A stretch of 64,000 nt of DNA, taken from Candidatus Moraniibacteriota bacterium (GTDB lineage: Bacteria > Patescibacteriota > Minisyncoccia > Moranbacterales > UBA11712). The stretch covers positions 24,661 through 88,660 of the forward strand of contig JAUXSN010000026.1 of NCBI GenBank assembly GCA_030679895.1, given 5' to 3'. This document shows, piece by piece, positions 9,232 through 19,129 of the stretch. How positions within the stretch are numbered: position 1 is the stretch's first letter; each line of letters opens with the position of its first letter. The translations under genes were made by a program, and so were the position numbers. The notes beneath the pieces were generated by a model, which was not told the DNA's origin, did no database searches, and saw nothing but the letters and a program-made list of their open reading frames with translations.

Positions 9232-10155
9232 TTAAGAAATTTGCAACTTCCTATACACGCTTCCCGCCGCAATCGCTCCTTCCGCCGCCGCGGTCACGAT
9301 TTGGCGTGTTTTGTTCGATCCGGTCGTGGCGTCCCCCGCCGCGTAAATATTGGCGACGTTCGTGCTTTGATCAGATTCGACAATTATGAATCCTTGCTCG
9401 TCCGATTCCACGCCAAGCTGCTTGACTAGCTCAATTCCCGGCTCGCTTCCGATTTCGATAAAGATACCTTGCACTTCCAGCTCATCCGCATTTTCATATT
9501 TTTTGTCGAGAATTATTTTCTCAACTGACTTCTCCCCTTTGATCTCTTTGATGTTAGTTTGATAAATGACTTTGACTTTCGCGTTTCCGGAAATTTTTTC
9601 AAGGTATGCCGGATCCACTTTCAGCCGCTCGCCCCGATAGATGATAAAAACACTGCCGGCGTATTCCGCCAGAAGCAACGCCGCCGAGGCCGCGCTGTTC
9701 CCTCCGCCGACGACAACCACCGTTTTGTCTTTGAAAAACGGCGCGTCGCATGTGGGGCAATAGGAGACTCCTTTTCCTCTAAATTCGGTTTCTCCCGGAA
9801 TTCGCAATTTTCGATATTCCATTCCGAGCGCCAAAATGATATATTTCGCTTTATAATTCTCGGCGTGGGTTGTGACGCTCCAGACATCGCCTTCCTTCAT
9901 GATATTCGACACAGAATCCATAATTATTTTCCCGCCAAGCTTTTCAACGTGTTCGCGCATTTTTTGGCCAAGTTCCAAGCCGGATATGGATTCCGTCCCC
10001 GGCCAATTTTCAACCAGATGAGCTTCGTTGGCCTGTCCGCCCGGCTCTTTGGCGATAACTATATGGTTGATCTTATAGCGCGAAGCATAAATCGAAGCCG
10101 CAAGCCCGGCCGGTCCGGCGCCGATGATGATGAGATCGTAAATGTTTGTATCCAT
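9232..10155 (-). CDS. trxB: Thioredoxin-disulfide reductase
   Basis: IIGAGPAG FAD motif, redox CPTCD, a second GGGNSA NADPH motif; 307 aa. Confidence 0.85.
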   Translation of the reverse strand: MDTNIYDLIIIGAGPAGLAASIYASRYKINHIVIAKEPGGQANEAHLVENWPGTESISGLELGQKMREHVEKLGGKIIMDSVSNIMKEGDVWSVTTHAENYKAKYIILALGMEYRKLRIPGETEFRGKGVSYCPTCDAPFFKDKTVVVVGGGNSAASAALLLAEYAGSVFIIYRGERLKVDPAYLEKISGNAKVKVIYQTNIKEIKGEKSVEKIILDKKYENADELEVQGIFIEIGSEPGIELVKQLGVESDEQGFIIVESDQSTNVANIYAAGDATTGSNKTRQIVTAAAEGAIAAGSVYRKLQIS

Positions 10156-10273
10156 AGAAATATATCTGGCGAACGAAAAATTGAAGTTGAGAGAGTATCG
10201 CGTTCTGTTTCCGCATATTAATATGCGGAAACAGGTTAGCCTACTCGAAAAACTTTAATTTTTCGCGAGCTTA

Positions 10274-10588
10274 TTAAACCTTCCCCAGCTCTTCCCTCAA
10301 ATTATCTTTATTTTGCACGCCTACCAATTGCTTTACAACTTTTCCATTCTTGAAAATTATCAGAGTCGGAATCGACATTACGCTGTAATTTGTGGCTGTT
10401 ACGCGATTCTCGTCCACGTTCAGTTTTCCAATTTTGGCCTTGTCTTTCATTTCTTCAGCCAGCTCGTCGATAATAGGGCCCATTATCTGGCACGGACCGC
10501 ACCAAGCCGCCCAAAAATCAACCAAAACGGGTTTTTCGCTTTTCAACACTTCCTGCTCGAAATTTTGATCGCTGAATTGTTGCGCCAT
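10274..10588 (-). CDS. trxA: Thioredoxin
   Basis: WAAWCGPCQ active site; 104 aa. Confidence 0.9.
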   Translation of the reverse strand: MAQQFSDQNFEQEVLKSEKPVLVDFWAAWCGPCQIMGPIIDELAEEMKDKAKIGKLNVDENRVTATNYSVMSIPTLIIFKNGKVVKQLVGVQNKDNLREELGKV

Positions 10589-10592
10589 AAAT

Positions 10593-11126
10593 TTATTTAT
10601 TAGATTTCTTACGATTTATAAAAATTAACGCGCCTCCGCCGATAAGGATAAGAGCGGCTATTATTGCGGGAAAATAATTTTTTTTGTTTCCGGCCGAAAC
10701 GGGGGCATCCACGCTATTCGGATTTTCCTTTGCGGTATTTTTGCTGATTTTGTCCGGATCAGGAAGTTGAGACGCGTCCGCCGCGTCGATTTCTTTTTCA
10801 AAATTATCAATGATCGGCTGATCACCGGCAATGAATTTATCCGCGAAAGCAATGGCTGGAACACTTCCCTTAAATTCGCTTTTGAAAACTTCTCCGAATT
10901 TCAGGAGCAAGCGGGTATTGAACGGATTGGAAAAATCAAGTTTTGTGATGTCATATTTATCATAAATCCCATTGGCTTTGAAATATTCGTCCACTTTCTG
11001 GCAATGCGGACACTGATCGCCATAAAAATAGTAAGCCTTCTTTTTCGAATCGCTTTGGGCTAGGGAAAAAATTGGAATTATAAAAAGAGCAAGTATAATA
11101 AATTTTAGTTTCATAAAAATTTTCAA
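10593..11126 (-). CDS. Secreted and membrane-anchored thioredoxin-fold (DsbA-like) thiol-disulfide oxidoreductase
   Basis: N-terminal signal peptide, a CPHC motif and a C-terminal TM helix; directly downstream of trxA, giving a trxB-trxA-dsb operon. Confidence 0.6.
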   Translation of the reverse strand: MKIFMKLKFIILALFIIPIFSLAQSDSKKKAYYFYGDQCPHCQKVDEYFKANGIYDKYDITKLDFSNPFNTRLLLKFGEVFKSEFKGSVPAIAFADKFIAGDQPIIDNFEKEIDAADASQLPDPDKISKNTAKENPNSVDAPVSAGNKKNYFPAIIAALILIGGGALIFINRKKSNK

Positions 11127-11285
11127 TTATCAATTTTTAATTTCTAAACAATTTTCAATGACTGAATGAATCAATTTTCAACGTTATGTTTAAGAAATTG
11201 GGAAATTTAAGCATTGTTTGTCACCGCCTTGGCGGGATCCCGCTTGGGCGGGAAAAATTGAAAATTAGAAATTGAAAATTGCGCG
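11127..11285. repeat. Composite repeat: AATTTTCAA unit arms around the GC double hairpin tgtcaccgccttggcgggatcccgcttgggcggg (11219..11252)
   Basis: The hairpin is the reverse complement (loops differ) of the one at 7286..7319 and is flanked by ttgaaaatt and aattttcaa units. Confidence 0.7.
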
Positions 11286-11999
11286 TCAGCGCCCGTATTT
11301 TCTCGCCCTTCGCGAATAATCCAAAATCGCTTCTCTCATTTTCTTCTCGTTAAAATCCGGCCAGAGAGTTTCGGAAAAATAGAGCTGGGCGTTGGCCAAG
11401 TCCCACATCATAAAACCGGCGCTCATATGCGGTTCTCCGCCAGTACGCACTAGAAGATCAACCGGAGGCAAATCTTTCGTCATCAAGTGGCTTTTTATCA
11501 TCCGGGTCGTTATTTTGGCCTTTCCTTTGCATTTTCCGGCGATTTTTTTCATCGCTTCCATAATTTCATCATCCCCGCTATACGCCAAAAGAAAATTCAG
11601 AAAATATTTTCGGTAGCGGTTTGTCCGATTGATGCACTTATGGATTATACGCTTCAGCGTCTCCGGAAATTGCTCTTCCCATTTGCCAATCACATTGATC
11701 CTCACCTTGTTTTTGTGAATATCTTCGCTATCAATCAGCTTTAAAAAATACTTGCGATAAACATCGAGCAAAGCTTTCTTTTCTCTCCATGGCCTTTTCC
11801 GCATATTATCCAGCGACGATCCCCAAAAAGTGACGTATTCCACTCCCAAATCCAAATTTTCCCGAAGCACTTTTTCGAGATTTTTGGCTCCGGCATCATG
11901 ACCCTCCCACGGCTTGAGACCCCGCTCGCGCGCCCAGCGCCGATTGCCGTCGGGGATGATGGCAACATGTTTGGGGATGTTTTTTATCTTATTGGACAT
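11286..11999 (-). CDS. uppS: Undecaprenyl-diphosphate synthase
   Basis: HVAIIPDGNRRWARERG motif; 237 aa. Confidence 0.9.
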   Translation of the reverse strand: MSNKIKNIPKHVAIIPDGNRRWARERGLKPWEGHDAGAKNLEKVLRENLDLGVEYVTFWGSSLDNMRKRPWREKKALLDVYRKYFLKLIDSEDIHKNKVRINVIGKWEEQFPETLKRIIHKCINRTNRYRKYFLNFLLAYSGDDEIMEAMKKIAGKCKGKAKITTRMIKSHLMTKDLPPVDLLVRTGGEPHMSAGFMMWDLANAQLYFSETLWPDFNEKKMREAILDYSRRARKYGR

Positions 12000-12093
12000 A
12001 ATAGCGACAACAAAACAAAATTAGGAAGCTAACAGCTCCTCATTTGATTATTCTATAACAAAAACAAATTTATCTCAATATGCTGTACTTTTC

Positions 12094-13167
12094 TCATACT
12101 TCTCTGCTCACGATATATTCCGCTATCCCGACAAGGAAATCTTTAGCGTCCTTGGATATTGCTGATTTTTCCATAGCTGACACGCCCTTTGAAACCAGGT
12201 TTTTCGCCAATTTTTTGGAATATTCCAGCGATCTGGTATCAATAATAATTTTTCGGAAATCTTCTATTTCCCCTCTTGTGACATTTCTGTTTCCCAAAAC
12301 GCTCTTTATGAATTTTCGCTGGACGCTGTTTCCTTTTTCAACGGCCTTCAGCACCAGAAGAGTTTGCTTCCCCTCCCGAAGATCGCTGCAAACCGGTTTT
12401 CCCAGCTTCTTTTCATTGCCAAACACGCCCAGAATGTCATCTTGAATTTGAAAAGCAACGCCCACCGGAACCGCGTAATCGCTCAATACTTTCAGAAAAT
12501 TTTTATCCGCTCCGGCAAGAAGCGCTCCCAGATGAAGCGGCCCCTCGACCGTATATTTCGCGGTTTTGCTTTTATGGACTTCCGAAATTTCTTTTTCGGT
12601 CGCCTTGCCGCGAGCCTCCAGAATCACGTCCATCATTTCCCCGGCCACCGTGTCCCTGACAATGTCTTGGAGCTTGTCCAGCGCTTTCAGGATCTTCTCC
12701 GCTGAAAATCGGGAATTGAAGATAATGGCGTTTCCTGCCGCCGCGGCCATGTCGCCTATGATTATGGCCATGGAGTTTCCAAAATGAAACGGGTCTTTTC
12801 TTTTATAGAATTGCCTGGCAATAGTCTCGTATCGCTTGTGGATCGTCGGCACCCCATGGCGAAAATTGTCCTGGTCGATAATGTCGTCGTGAATGAGAAG
12901 AAAAATATGCGTAAGCTCGATGCTCATCGAAGCCTCGATTATTTTTTCGTCTTCCTTACCGCTTGCCGCTTTGTATCCCCAATACATAAAAGCCGCCCGG
13001 ACGCGCTTTCCGCCCGCGAGCGTCAAATCTCTCAAATTCTCCGCCGCCTGGGCCGCCAGCGGATTTATTTTCCTTGCTTCCCGGATTCTTTCCCTGAAAA
13101 ATACGGCCAGCTTTCGGTCGAGAATTTTTTTGTAGTTTTGGAGCTCTTGCTTGGCATTCATTAGCAA
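12094..13167 (-). CDS. Polyprenyl diphosphate synthase (trans-IPPS family)
   Basis: First DDxxD (LIHDDIIDQD) and second motif (FQIQDDILGVFGN); 357 aa. Confidence 0.8.
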   Translation of the reverse strand: MLMNAKQELQNYKKILDRKLAVFFRERIREARKINPLAAQAAENLRDLTLAGGKRVRAAFMYWGYKAASGKEDEKIIEASMSIELTHIFLLIHDDIIDQDNFRHGVPTIHKRYETIARQFYKRKDPFHFGNSMAIIIGDMAAAAGNAIIFNSRFSAEKILKALDKLQDIVRDTVAGEMMDVILEARGKATEKEISEVHKSKTAKYTVEGPLHLGALLAGADKNFLKVLSDYAVPVGVAFQIQDDILGVFGNEKKLGKPVCSDLREGKQTLLVLKAVEKGNSVQRKFIKSVLGNRNVTRGEIEDFRKIIIDTRSLEYSKKLAKNLVSKGVSAMEKSAISKDAKDFLVGIAEYIVSREV

Positions 13168-13212
13168 TTCTTTGACAACAATTAGTCTATATTATAAAGG
13201 CAAATTTTGCTA

Positions 13213-13241
13213 TTGACAAATTATATTATTTCGTTTAAAAT
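13213..13241 (+). promoter_or_regulatory. Near-consensus sigma70 promoter TTGACA-17-TAAAAT driving a non-coding transcript
   Basis: ttgacaaattatattatttcgtttaaaat; no protein-coding gene follows. Confidence 0.6.
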
Positions 13242-13247
13242 ATAGTC

Positions 13248-13635
13248 AAATTCTTTTGGGTAAGGAGGTCATAAAACTGGCTAAGGTCGGAGTTCATTTA
13301 ACAAATTAAACTAGTCTATTGAGGAGACAAGATTTGAAACAGACAATATTTCATGACACCGCGGGGGTAAGGGTGAAAACGCCCTGGGATATTACCGTAA
13401 TGCGACAGGGGAGAAAAACTCCTCTCATCGTTCAAGGCATCGGGAGGTTAAGCGTGTTAAAGGATCGAGTCATCGAAGCTTATCCCGGAGCAACGCTGAA
13501 ATTCACTCCGATGATCGCCTGATCCCGCCCCAAAGTGCCAAGTCTCCACAGAACTAGCTAAAATTTTGTCCCAAAAGGATATTACTGCCCCCGTAAGGCG
13601 CCACACCAGTGCCGACCGGGGGTATTTTTTTTATT
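13248..13635 (+). ncRNA. rnpB: Candidate structured ncRNA of about 385 nt, most consistent with RNase P RNA (AU-rich variant)
   Basis: Bounded by the promoter above and a Rho-independent terminator (cccccgtaaggcgccacaccagtgccgaccggggg + U-run); contains GGUAAGGGUGAAA, identical to the E. coli M1 J11/12 segment as I remember it; 3' region CCACAGAACUAGCUAA resembles the P4 3' strand ACAGAACCCGGCUUA and can pair with 5' AAACUAGUCU; ORF 13319..13522 inside uses a TTG start and is judged spurious. Confidence 0.45.
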
Positions 13636-13648
13636 TAAAAGAATTTTG

Positions 13649-13720
13649 TACCGCTACGGAGAATCGAACTCCGGTTTCCAGGATGAGAACCTGATGTCCT
13701 GACCACTAGACGATAGCGGC
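13649..13720 (-). tRNA. tRNA-Glu (anticodon CTC)
   Basis: Hand-folded from GCCGCTATCGTCTAGTGGTCAGGACATCAGGTTCTCATCCTGGAAACCGGAGTTCGATTCTCCGTAGCGGTA; acceptor, D, anticodon (loop TTCTCAT) and T (TTCGATT) arms all pair. Confidence 0.75.
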
Positions 13721-13860
13721 GTAACGCTCTATACATTACTAAAATTTTTTCGGCTTGTCCATATTTTTCCAAAAAGAAAAGGGGCCTACAGACGTGAGTA
13801 GGACCCCATGGAGAGAGGTTTAACGGATAACAAAGATTTACTGGGCGATTGGAGAAAGTC

Positions 13861-14097
13861 TTAAGCATGAGCGATACGCCCCCCATTTCGGACCATAGCA
13901 GCCAGATCCTCGATGGGAACGATGTCAATGATCGTGCTCTGGACAAGTTCCTCCGCGATCGCCAACTGTTCTCGAGATAAATCCCCAAGATGTGTGCGCA
14001 CACTTGCAAGGATTTTTTCTCTCTGGATAGGATATTCCCTTTCCCTTCTCCGGAGAGCTTCCGTTGCCATTTGTTTCTTCTGAGCATCTGGAGACAT
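13861..14097 (-). CDS. Hypothetical small protein (78 aa), GC-richer than its surroundings
   Basis: GGAGGG SD 5 nt upstream of the ATG; no recognised motif. Confidence 0.45.
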   Translation of the reverse strand: MSPDAQKKQMATEALRRREREYPIQREKILASVRTHLGDLSREQLAIAEELVQSTIIDIVPIEDLAAMVRNGGRIAHA

Positions 14098-14227
14098 CTT
14101 GCCCTCCCCCGAGACTAAGCTCGGAATTTTTTTTAAAAAAGTTGGTTAGTCTTGAGCTCAACTTAAGAATCAATAAGTTATTTATAATTCCCAAATGAAG
14201 CCCAAGACTTCTTGTGTTTTCCTCCTT

Positions 14228-14266
14228 TTAAAACACAAAACGATCCGGCAATACCATGCATGGATC
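14228..14266. terminator. Bidirectional Rho-independent terminator at the end of the dcw operon (after murF)
   Basis: aaaacgatccggcaataccatgcatggatcgtttttt with T/A runs on both strands. Confidence 0.6.
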
Positions 14267-14405
14267 GTTTTTTAAAGAGCTGACGGTTATCCCCTATTCT
14301 TGGCAACCGCAAGCTCTCTTAATATTCAATTTTCCCTTTTTGTTTTACGCCCCCCCATTTTATCCCCGGAGCCGGATCGCGTCAATGGGGCAGTTATCCA
14401 CAGGC

Positions 14406-15755
14406 CTATTTTACCTTCCATTCCTCCGTCTGTCTCGGCAGAAGCTTTTCCGCCTGTTCCGGAAAACGCATAATTTCCTCGGAAATAAGCTCCATTCTGG
14501 CTCCCTGGGATCCTTTTATCAAAATCACGTCCCCTTCTTTCAAGGCTTTTTGAATAGGGATTTTAGCCTCGAACGAGTCATCGTAGCAGAAAACATTGTT
14601 TTTGTCAAGTCCCGACCGAATCGCTTCGTCGGCGATGAATTTCGCCTTGTCGCCAATCGCGAAAAGAATATCGGCAACTTGGGCCGCTTTTTTTCCCACT
14701 TCCCGATGTCCCGCTTCCGCTGCTTCGCCCAGCTCCAACATATTTCCCAGGGCCGCTATTTTTCGGCGCGCCTGAATTTTTTCCAGCACTTCAAGGGCGG
14801 CCAGCGTTGACTGCGGAGCGGCGTTATAGCTGTCCTCAATGATCATCGTGTTTTTGATCCCGTCTATAATATTCAATCGTCCCGCCGGTGCCTGAAAATC
14901 TTTGAGCGCTCCGGCAATCTCCAAAAGATTCATTCCAAAATGAATGCCGACCGCCGTGGCCGCCAGAGCCGAATATATTTGAGGCCTTCCGACAGATTGC
15001 GTCAGTCTTACCGGCATAGTTGTCCCTTCAAAGCTCAACTTGAAGCTGATGCCCCGAATCTTGCTGATATCGATACCCTTGCGATCTTTCACCGTTTCAT
15101 AGCCGAAGAAAACATCTGAAGCTCGAACGTCGGCTGCCTCTGAAAAGCCGAAAAACATTTTTTTTACCTTCACCGCTTCGGCCATTTTTCTCGCTTCCTC
15201 ATCGTCATAATTGAGAACTGCCAGTCCTTCTTTGTTTAAAAACCGGACTAAATAACTTTTTTCCCGGACAATTTGCTTTTTATCTTTGAAAAATTCGAGA
15301 TGGCTGATGCCAATGGCCGTAACCACGCCCACTTCCGGCTGGATGAAATCCACCAGATATTTGATATCTCCCGGCCGGTCCGCTCCCATTTCGAGAACCA
15401 TAATTTCGGGATATTTTTTCTTTGATGAAAAGAAAAGAATTCCGATTGACCGCAGAAACACTACGGTCCATTTTAAGAAGCTTCCGCCCCCGCCGGAAAG
15501 GCCGAGGATAGTAAGCGGCAGGCCGATTTCGTTGTTGTAATTCTTTTCGTTCTTGCGCACTCGATACTTTGAAGCCAGCACCGTATAAATCGCTTCTTTC
15601 GTTGAACTTTTTCCCACTGATCCCGTAACGCCGACAATGCGAGGCCTGAATTCACGCAAGGTTCTGGTTGCGAAATATTTTAATATTTTTTCCAATATTA
15701 TTATTCTTTTTGATTTCATGTTAATAATTTTCAATTTCCAATTTTCAATTTTCAA
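14406..15755 (-). CDS. murF: UDP-N-acetylmuramoyl-tripeptide--D-alanyl-D-alanine ligase
   Basis: Mur ligase central domain GVTGSVGKSSTKE; its position after ftsI in the dcw cluster; 449 aa. Confidence 0.8.
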   Translation of the reverse strand: MKIENWKLKIINMKSKRIIILEKILKYFATRTLREFRPRIVGVTGSVGKSSTKEAIYTVLASKYRVRKNEKNYNNEIGLPLTILGLSGGGGSFLKWTVVFLRSIGILFFSSKKKYPEIMVLEMGADRPGDIKYLVDFIQPEVGVVTAIGISHLEFFKDKKQIVREKSYLVRFLNKEGLAVLNYDDEEARKMAEAVKVKKMFFGFSEAADVRASDVFFGYETVKDRKGIDISKIRGISFKLSFEGTTMPVRLTQSVGRPQIYSALAATAVGIHFGMNLLEIAGALKDFQAPAGRLNIIDGIKNTMIIEDSYNAAPQSTLAALEVLEKIQARRKIAALGNMLELGEAAEAGHREVGKKAAQVADILFAIGDKAKFIADEAIRSGLDKNNVFCYDDSFEAKIPIQKALKEGDVILIKGSQGARMELISEEIMRFPEQAEKLLPRQTEEWKVK

Positions 15756-15861
15756 TCAATACTCCAATTCTCCAATTTTCAATGAAATAAAGTTTGAAAA
15801 TTTTGTCATTGTGACATTGAAAATTGTTTGGAAATTAGAAATTGATAATTGAAAATTAGAA
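15756..15861. repeat. AATTTTCAA/TTGAAAATT unit arrays around the short palindrome tgtcattgtgacat (possible empty site or solo terminal inverted repeat of the GC-hairpin element)
   Basis: ttaataattttcaatttccaattttcaattttcaatcaa...tttgaaaattttgtcattgtgacattgaaaattgtttggaaattagaaattgataattgaaaatt. Confidence 0.65.
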
Positions 15862-17733
15862 TTAATGTTTCTTTTTCTTCTCTTTCTTTTCCTCTGCCGG
15901 CGGCATCGCTGGCGGCTGAACTTCTTCTTTCGGCGCCTGATATATCGAAACATCATGCGTCGCGTTGAAGATATCCACATCTTTCTCGGTATATTCCTCC
16001 GTCGGCTCGACTCCAAAATAATCTAGCATAAACTTGGCCATTTCGCCAAAAGTGGGAGCCGCGCTTGACTCCGCCCACTCGACATTCTTGGGATTATCCA
16101 GCTTGACCAGCATCGCGAATTTCGGATCATAGGCCGGCGCGAAACCGGCAAAGGATCCTATATGCGCGCTTTCTTCATAACCCCCGCCATTCTTTTTTGG
16201 CACTTGAGCCGTTCCCGTTTTTCCCGCCACGAGATAACCGGGAACCCCCGCTCTTTTCCCATGACCGCTTTGAACGACGCTGATGAGCATTCTGGTCAAA
16301 TCCAGGCTGGATTCTTTGGAAATAACCCGCCTTATTTCCCGGGGCTCGATAACATTCTCATTTCCGTCTCCGCTGGAAATTTTTCCGACCAAATGAGCTT
16401 TCATCATTTCGCCGCCGTTAGCGATCGTGGCAAAAGCGCTCACGAGCTGAAGAGGAGTCACCGAAAGTCCCTGCCCGAAAGCGGCCGTAAAGGCGTTTAT
16501 GCTTCTTAGTTCCTTGAGGCCCGAGATATTGCCGGAAACTTCTCCCAAAGTGTCAATTCCTGTTTTTTCGCCAAAACCAAAATTTTTCACGTATTCAAGA
16601 AATCTCAAATTGCCCAGCAATTTTTCGACGAAGATCACTCCTGTGTTCAAGGATTTTTCAAGCACCTGCGTCATTGTTTGCGCGCCATTCGCCTTGCCAT
16701 CTGAATTTTTGATGGTATATCCGGCTTCGCTTACCGCTCCGGTGTCAGTATAAATAGTGTCGGGAACCACCAGCTTCGCGTCAAGGCCGCCCGCCATCGT
16801 AACCGGCTTGAAAACAGATCCGCATTCATAAGTCTCGCTTACGACCGGATTGGCAAACACCGCCATATCTTCAACTTTTGAAAAATCATTGGGATTGAAA
16901 GTCGGCCAGGACGCCATCGCCAAAACCGCTCCGGTGCGAGGCTCGGTGATCACGATGTTGCCACTATCAGCCATAAACTTTTCCACCGATTTTTTTATTG
17001 CCATTTCCGCCCGGTACTGGATCGTATGGTCGATTGTCAGATAGAGGTCGGATCCGTTTACGGCCGGTATTATTTTTCTCTCGCTGATTGATATCCATCT
17101 CCCACCCGTGTCTCTTTCCTGCTCAAGTTTTCCTTCCTGCCCCTCAAGCTCTTTGTCCCAATAGGCTTCAAGTCCGTAACGTCCCTTCGTTTTCTCGCCG
17201 TCTGATCCGACGAAACCGACTATTTGCGAGGCAAATGTGCCGGCCGGATAGGAGCGTTCGTTTTCCGGAGCAAAATATATTCCTTTTATATTTTTTTCTT
17301 TTATGGCGCCGGATTTGTCATCCTCTGTTTTGTGGGCAATAACCGCGTACCAGCCTTCCGGCTGATCCAGCTTATCCTTCAGCTCCCCTTCGTCCAGTCC
17401 CAGGATTTCCGCGATATCGCGGGCGGCTTTTGCCGGATCTTCAATCTCTTTTGGAACGGCATAAACCAAACTCAACTCTTTGTTAGCCGCGACCGGGTAA
17501 TAGTCATCGCCGTCTTTGACGAATATCTCCCCGCGCCTTGGCACAAGATCTTCAAAAACCTTGTGCTGGTCAAAAGCCAGCTCTTGATAATATTCATGGG
17601 CAAGAATCTGAAGAGAATACAGGCGAAAAAAAATGAGGCCGGAAAATATGAAAACAAAAACAACCAGAAGATATATCCGGAAGTTTGTTTTAAGAGAACT
17701 TCTTTTCTGTTTTCCAAATTTTCTTTTAGTCAT
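15862..17733 (-). CDS. ftsI: Penicillin-binding protein / peptidoglycan D,D-transpeptidase FtsI
   Basis: N-terminal TM, PBP dimerisation domain, transpeptidase motifs (SxxK: SVFK; KTGTA); its dcw position. Confidence 0.85.
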   Translation of the reverse strand: MTKRKFGKQKRSSLKTNFRIYLLVVFVFIFSGLIFFRLYSLQILAHEYYQELAFDQHKVFEDLVPRRGEIFVKDGDDYYPVAANKELSLVYAVPKEIEDPAKAARDIAEILGLDEGELKDKLDQPEGWYAVIAHKTEDDKSGAIKEKNIKGIYFAPENERSYPAGTFASQIVGFVGSDGEKTKGRYGLEAYWDKELEGQEGKLEQERDTGGRWISISERKIIPAVNGSDLYLTIDHTIQYRAEMAIKKSVEKFMADSGNIVITEPRTGAVLAMASWPTFNPNDFSKVEDMAVFANPVVSETYECGSVFKPVTMAGGLDAKLVVPDTIYTDTGAVSEAGYTIKNSDGKANGAQTMTQVLEKSLNTGVIFVEKLLGNLRFLEYVKNFGFGEKTGIDTLGEVSGNISGLKELRSINAFTAAFGQGLSVTPLQLVSAFATIANGGEMMKAHLVGKISSGDGNENVIEPREIRRVISKESSLDLTRMLISVVQSGHGKRAGVPGYLVAGKTGTAQVPKKNGGGYEESAHIGSFAGFAPAYDPKFAMLVKLDNPKNVEWAESSAAPTFGEMAKFMLDYFGVEPTEEYTEKDVDIFNATHDVSIYQAPKEEVQPPAMPPAEEKKEKKKKH

Positions 17734-17769
17734 CGAGCTTAATGCCTATCGCATCGTTAACAAAGTATT

Positions 17770-18135
17770 TTACTTCATCGCCACATCACCCGGAAGATTC
17801 AGATAACTGACATCTTTCGGAACAATCATATTAAGTCCTTTGGTTTTTTCTTCGATATTATACATCGATCTCTGCTGCGCCTCCCGGATTTTCAGTTTTT
17901 CGTTTTCTTTCTTGAGATCGCTCATCTGATTTTCAAGCGCTTTGATTTCATATCCTTTTGTCGCCATATTATTCACCTCGAAGATATAAAAAACTCCCAA
18001 AAGACAGACTAAAGCGGCCACCAAAAAATTCAAGGTGACGTTGCCCATCCTCGCTGCTGATTGCGATTTTACTGTTTTTTTCCTCTCACCGAAATTCACG
18101 GAACTGGAATTGGTGATAGTGAGAAACCGGCTCAT
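17770..18135 (-). CDS. ftsL: Cell division protein FtsL-like (single TM plus coiled coil)
   Basis: 121 aa with a TM helix then a coiled-coil; lies between rsmH and ftsI, the standard ftsL position. Confidence 0.6.
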   Translation of the reverse strand: MSRFLTITNSSSVNFGERKKTVKSQSAARMGNVTLNFLVAALVCLLGVFYIFEVNNMATKGYEIKALENQMSDLKKENEKLKIREAQQRSMYNIEEKTKGLNMIVPKDVSYLNLPGDVAMK

Positions 18136-18163
18136 TGAACTTTTGGCCCCCCTCAGTTAGAAT

Positions 18164-19120
18164 CTATTTTTTGTTTATGTTTGTTTTTTGCCGAACTAAC
18201 CTTTCTGCCACTCTCATTTTGGCGCTTCGGCTCCTGGGATTGGTCCTGATTTCTTCTTCCGAAGCGCCAATCGGCTTTTTGGTGATTATTTTCAGGCTTT
18301 TTCTGTGCCCGCAAACGCATTTCGGAAAATTCGGCGGACAAACGCAATCTTTCGAATGCAGCCTGAAAAAATTCTTCACAATCCGGTCTTCCAATGAATG
18401 GAAGCTGATGACCGCTAGCCTCCCCCCGCTAGCAAGCATTTTTATGCTTTGGTCCAAAAATGTTTTCAAATTTTCAAGCTCCTGATTAACCTCGATTCGA
18501 AGGGCCTGGAATACTTTCGTAGCGGGATGGATTCTGCCATTTCGATATCTTTGGGAAATACTTGCGCTTATTATCTCAACCAATTGCAGTGTCCGGGCTA
18601 TTCTCTTTTCTTTTCTGGCGATTGCCACAGCTCGCGCAATACTCCTGGCAAATTTTTCCTCCCCGTAATTCCTGAATATTTCAACTAATCTTTCTTCCGG
18701 ATAATTGTTTATCACATCGGCGGCGGTAATTTTTTGAGTCTGCGGAGAATAGCGCATATCGAGAGGTCCGTCTTTTTGGAAACTGAAGCCTCTTTCGGCG
18801 TTTTCGATCTGGTCAGAGTTGAATCCAAGGTCAATCAAAATGGCGTCCACGGTTTTTATCCCCAGCCCCCTAAGAATATTCTCCAGATTGGCATAATTAT
18901 CAACTATCCCGATCAGTTCTTTTTTCGAAATAATCTCTTTGAAATTTTCAATTGCCTCCGCGTCCCAATCAATCGCAATCAATTTGCCGCCGGGCAGAAT
19001 CTTTTTGAGAATTTCAATCGCGTGCCCGCCCGCTCCCAATGTCCCGTCAACGACCACGCTCCCTTTTTTCAAATTTAGACTCTCGATTGCTTCCCCTGGC
19101 AATACCGGTTTATGTATCAT
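18164..19120 (-). CDS. rsmH: 16S rRNA (cytosine1402-N4)-methyltransferase RsmH (MraW)
   Basis: VDGTLGAGGH SAM motif, 318 aa, follows mraZ. Confidence 0.9.
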   Translation of the reverse strand: MIHKPVLPGEAIESLNLKKGSVVVDGTLGAGGHAIEILKKILPGGKLIAIDWDAEAIENFKEIISKKELIGIVDNYANLENILRGLGIKTVDAILIDLGFNSDQIENAERGFSFQKDGPLDMRYSPQTQKITAADVINNYPEERLVEIFRNYGEEKFARSIARAVAIARKEKRIARTLQLVEIISASISQRYRNGRIHPATKVFQALRIEVNQELENLKTFLDQSIKMLASGGRLAVISFHSLEDRIVKNFFRLHSKDCVCPPNFPKCVCGHRKSLKIITKKPIGASEEEIRTNPRSRSAKMRVAERLVRQKTNINKK

Positions 19121-19129
19121 CGATTATTA

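Noticed and set aside
13319-13522. 67-aa ORF inside the candidate ncRNA
   Set aside because: It needs a TTG start with no SD, and the region has its own promoter and terminator plus RNase-P-like motifs, so a non-coding interpretation is favoured. I also tested tmRNA, SRP and 6S ideas for this RNA. There is no tRNA-like 3' end or tag ORF, no SRP domain IV, and it is too long for 6S.
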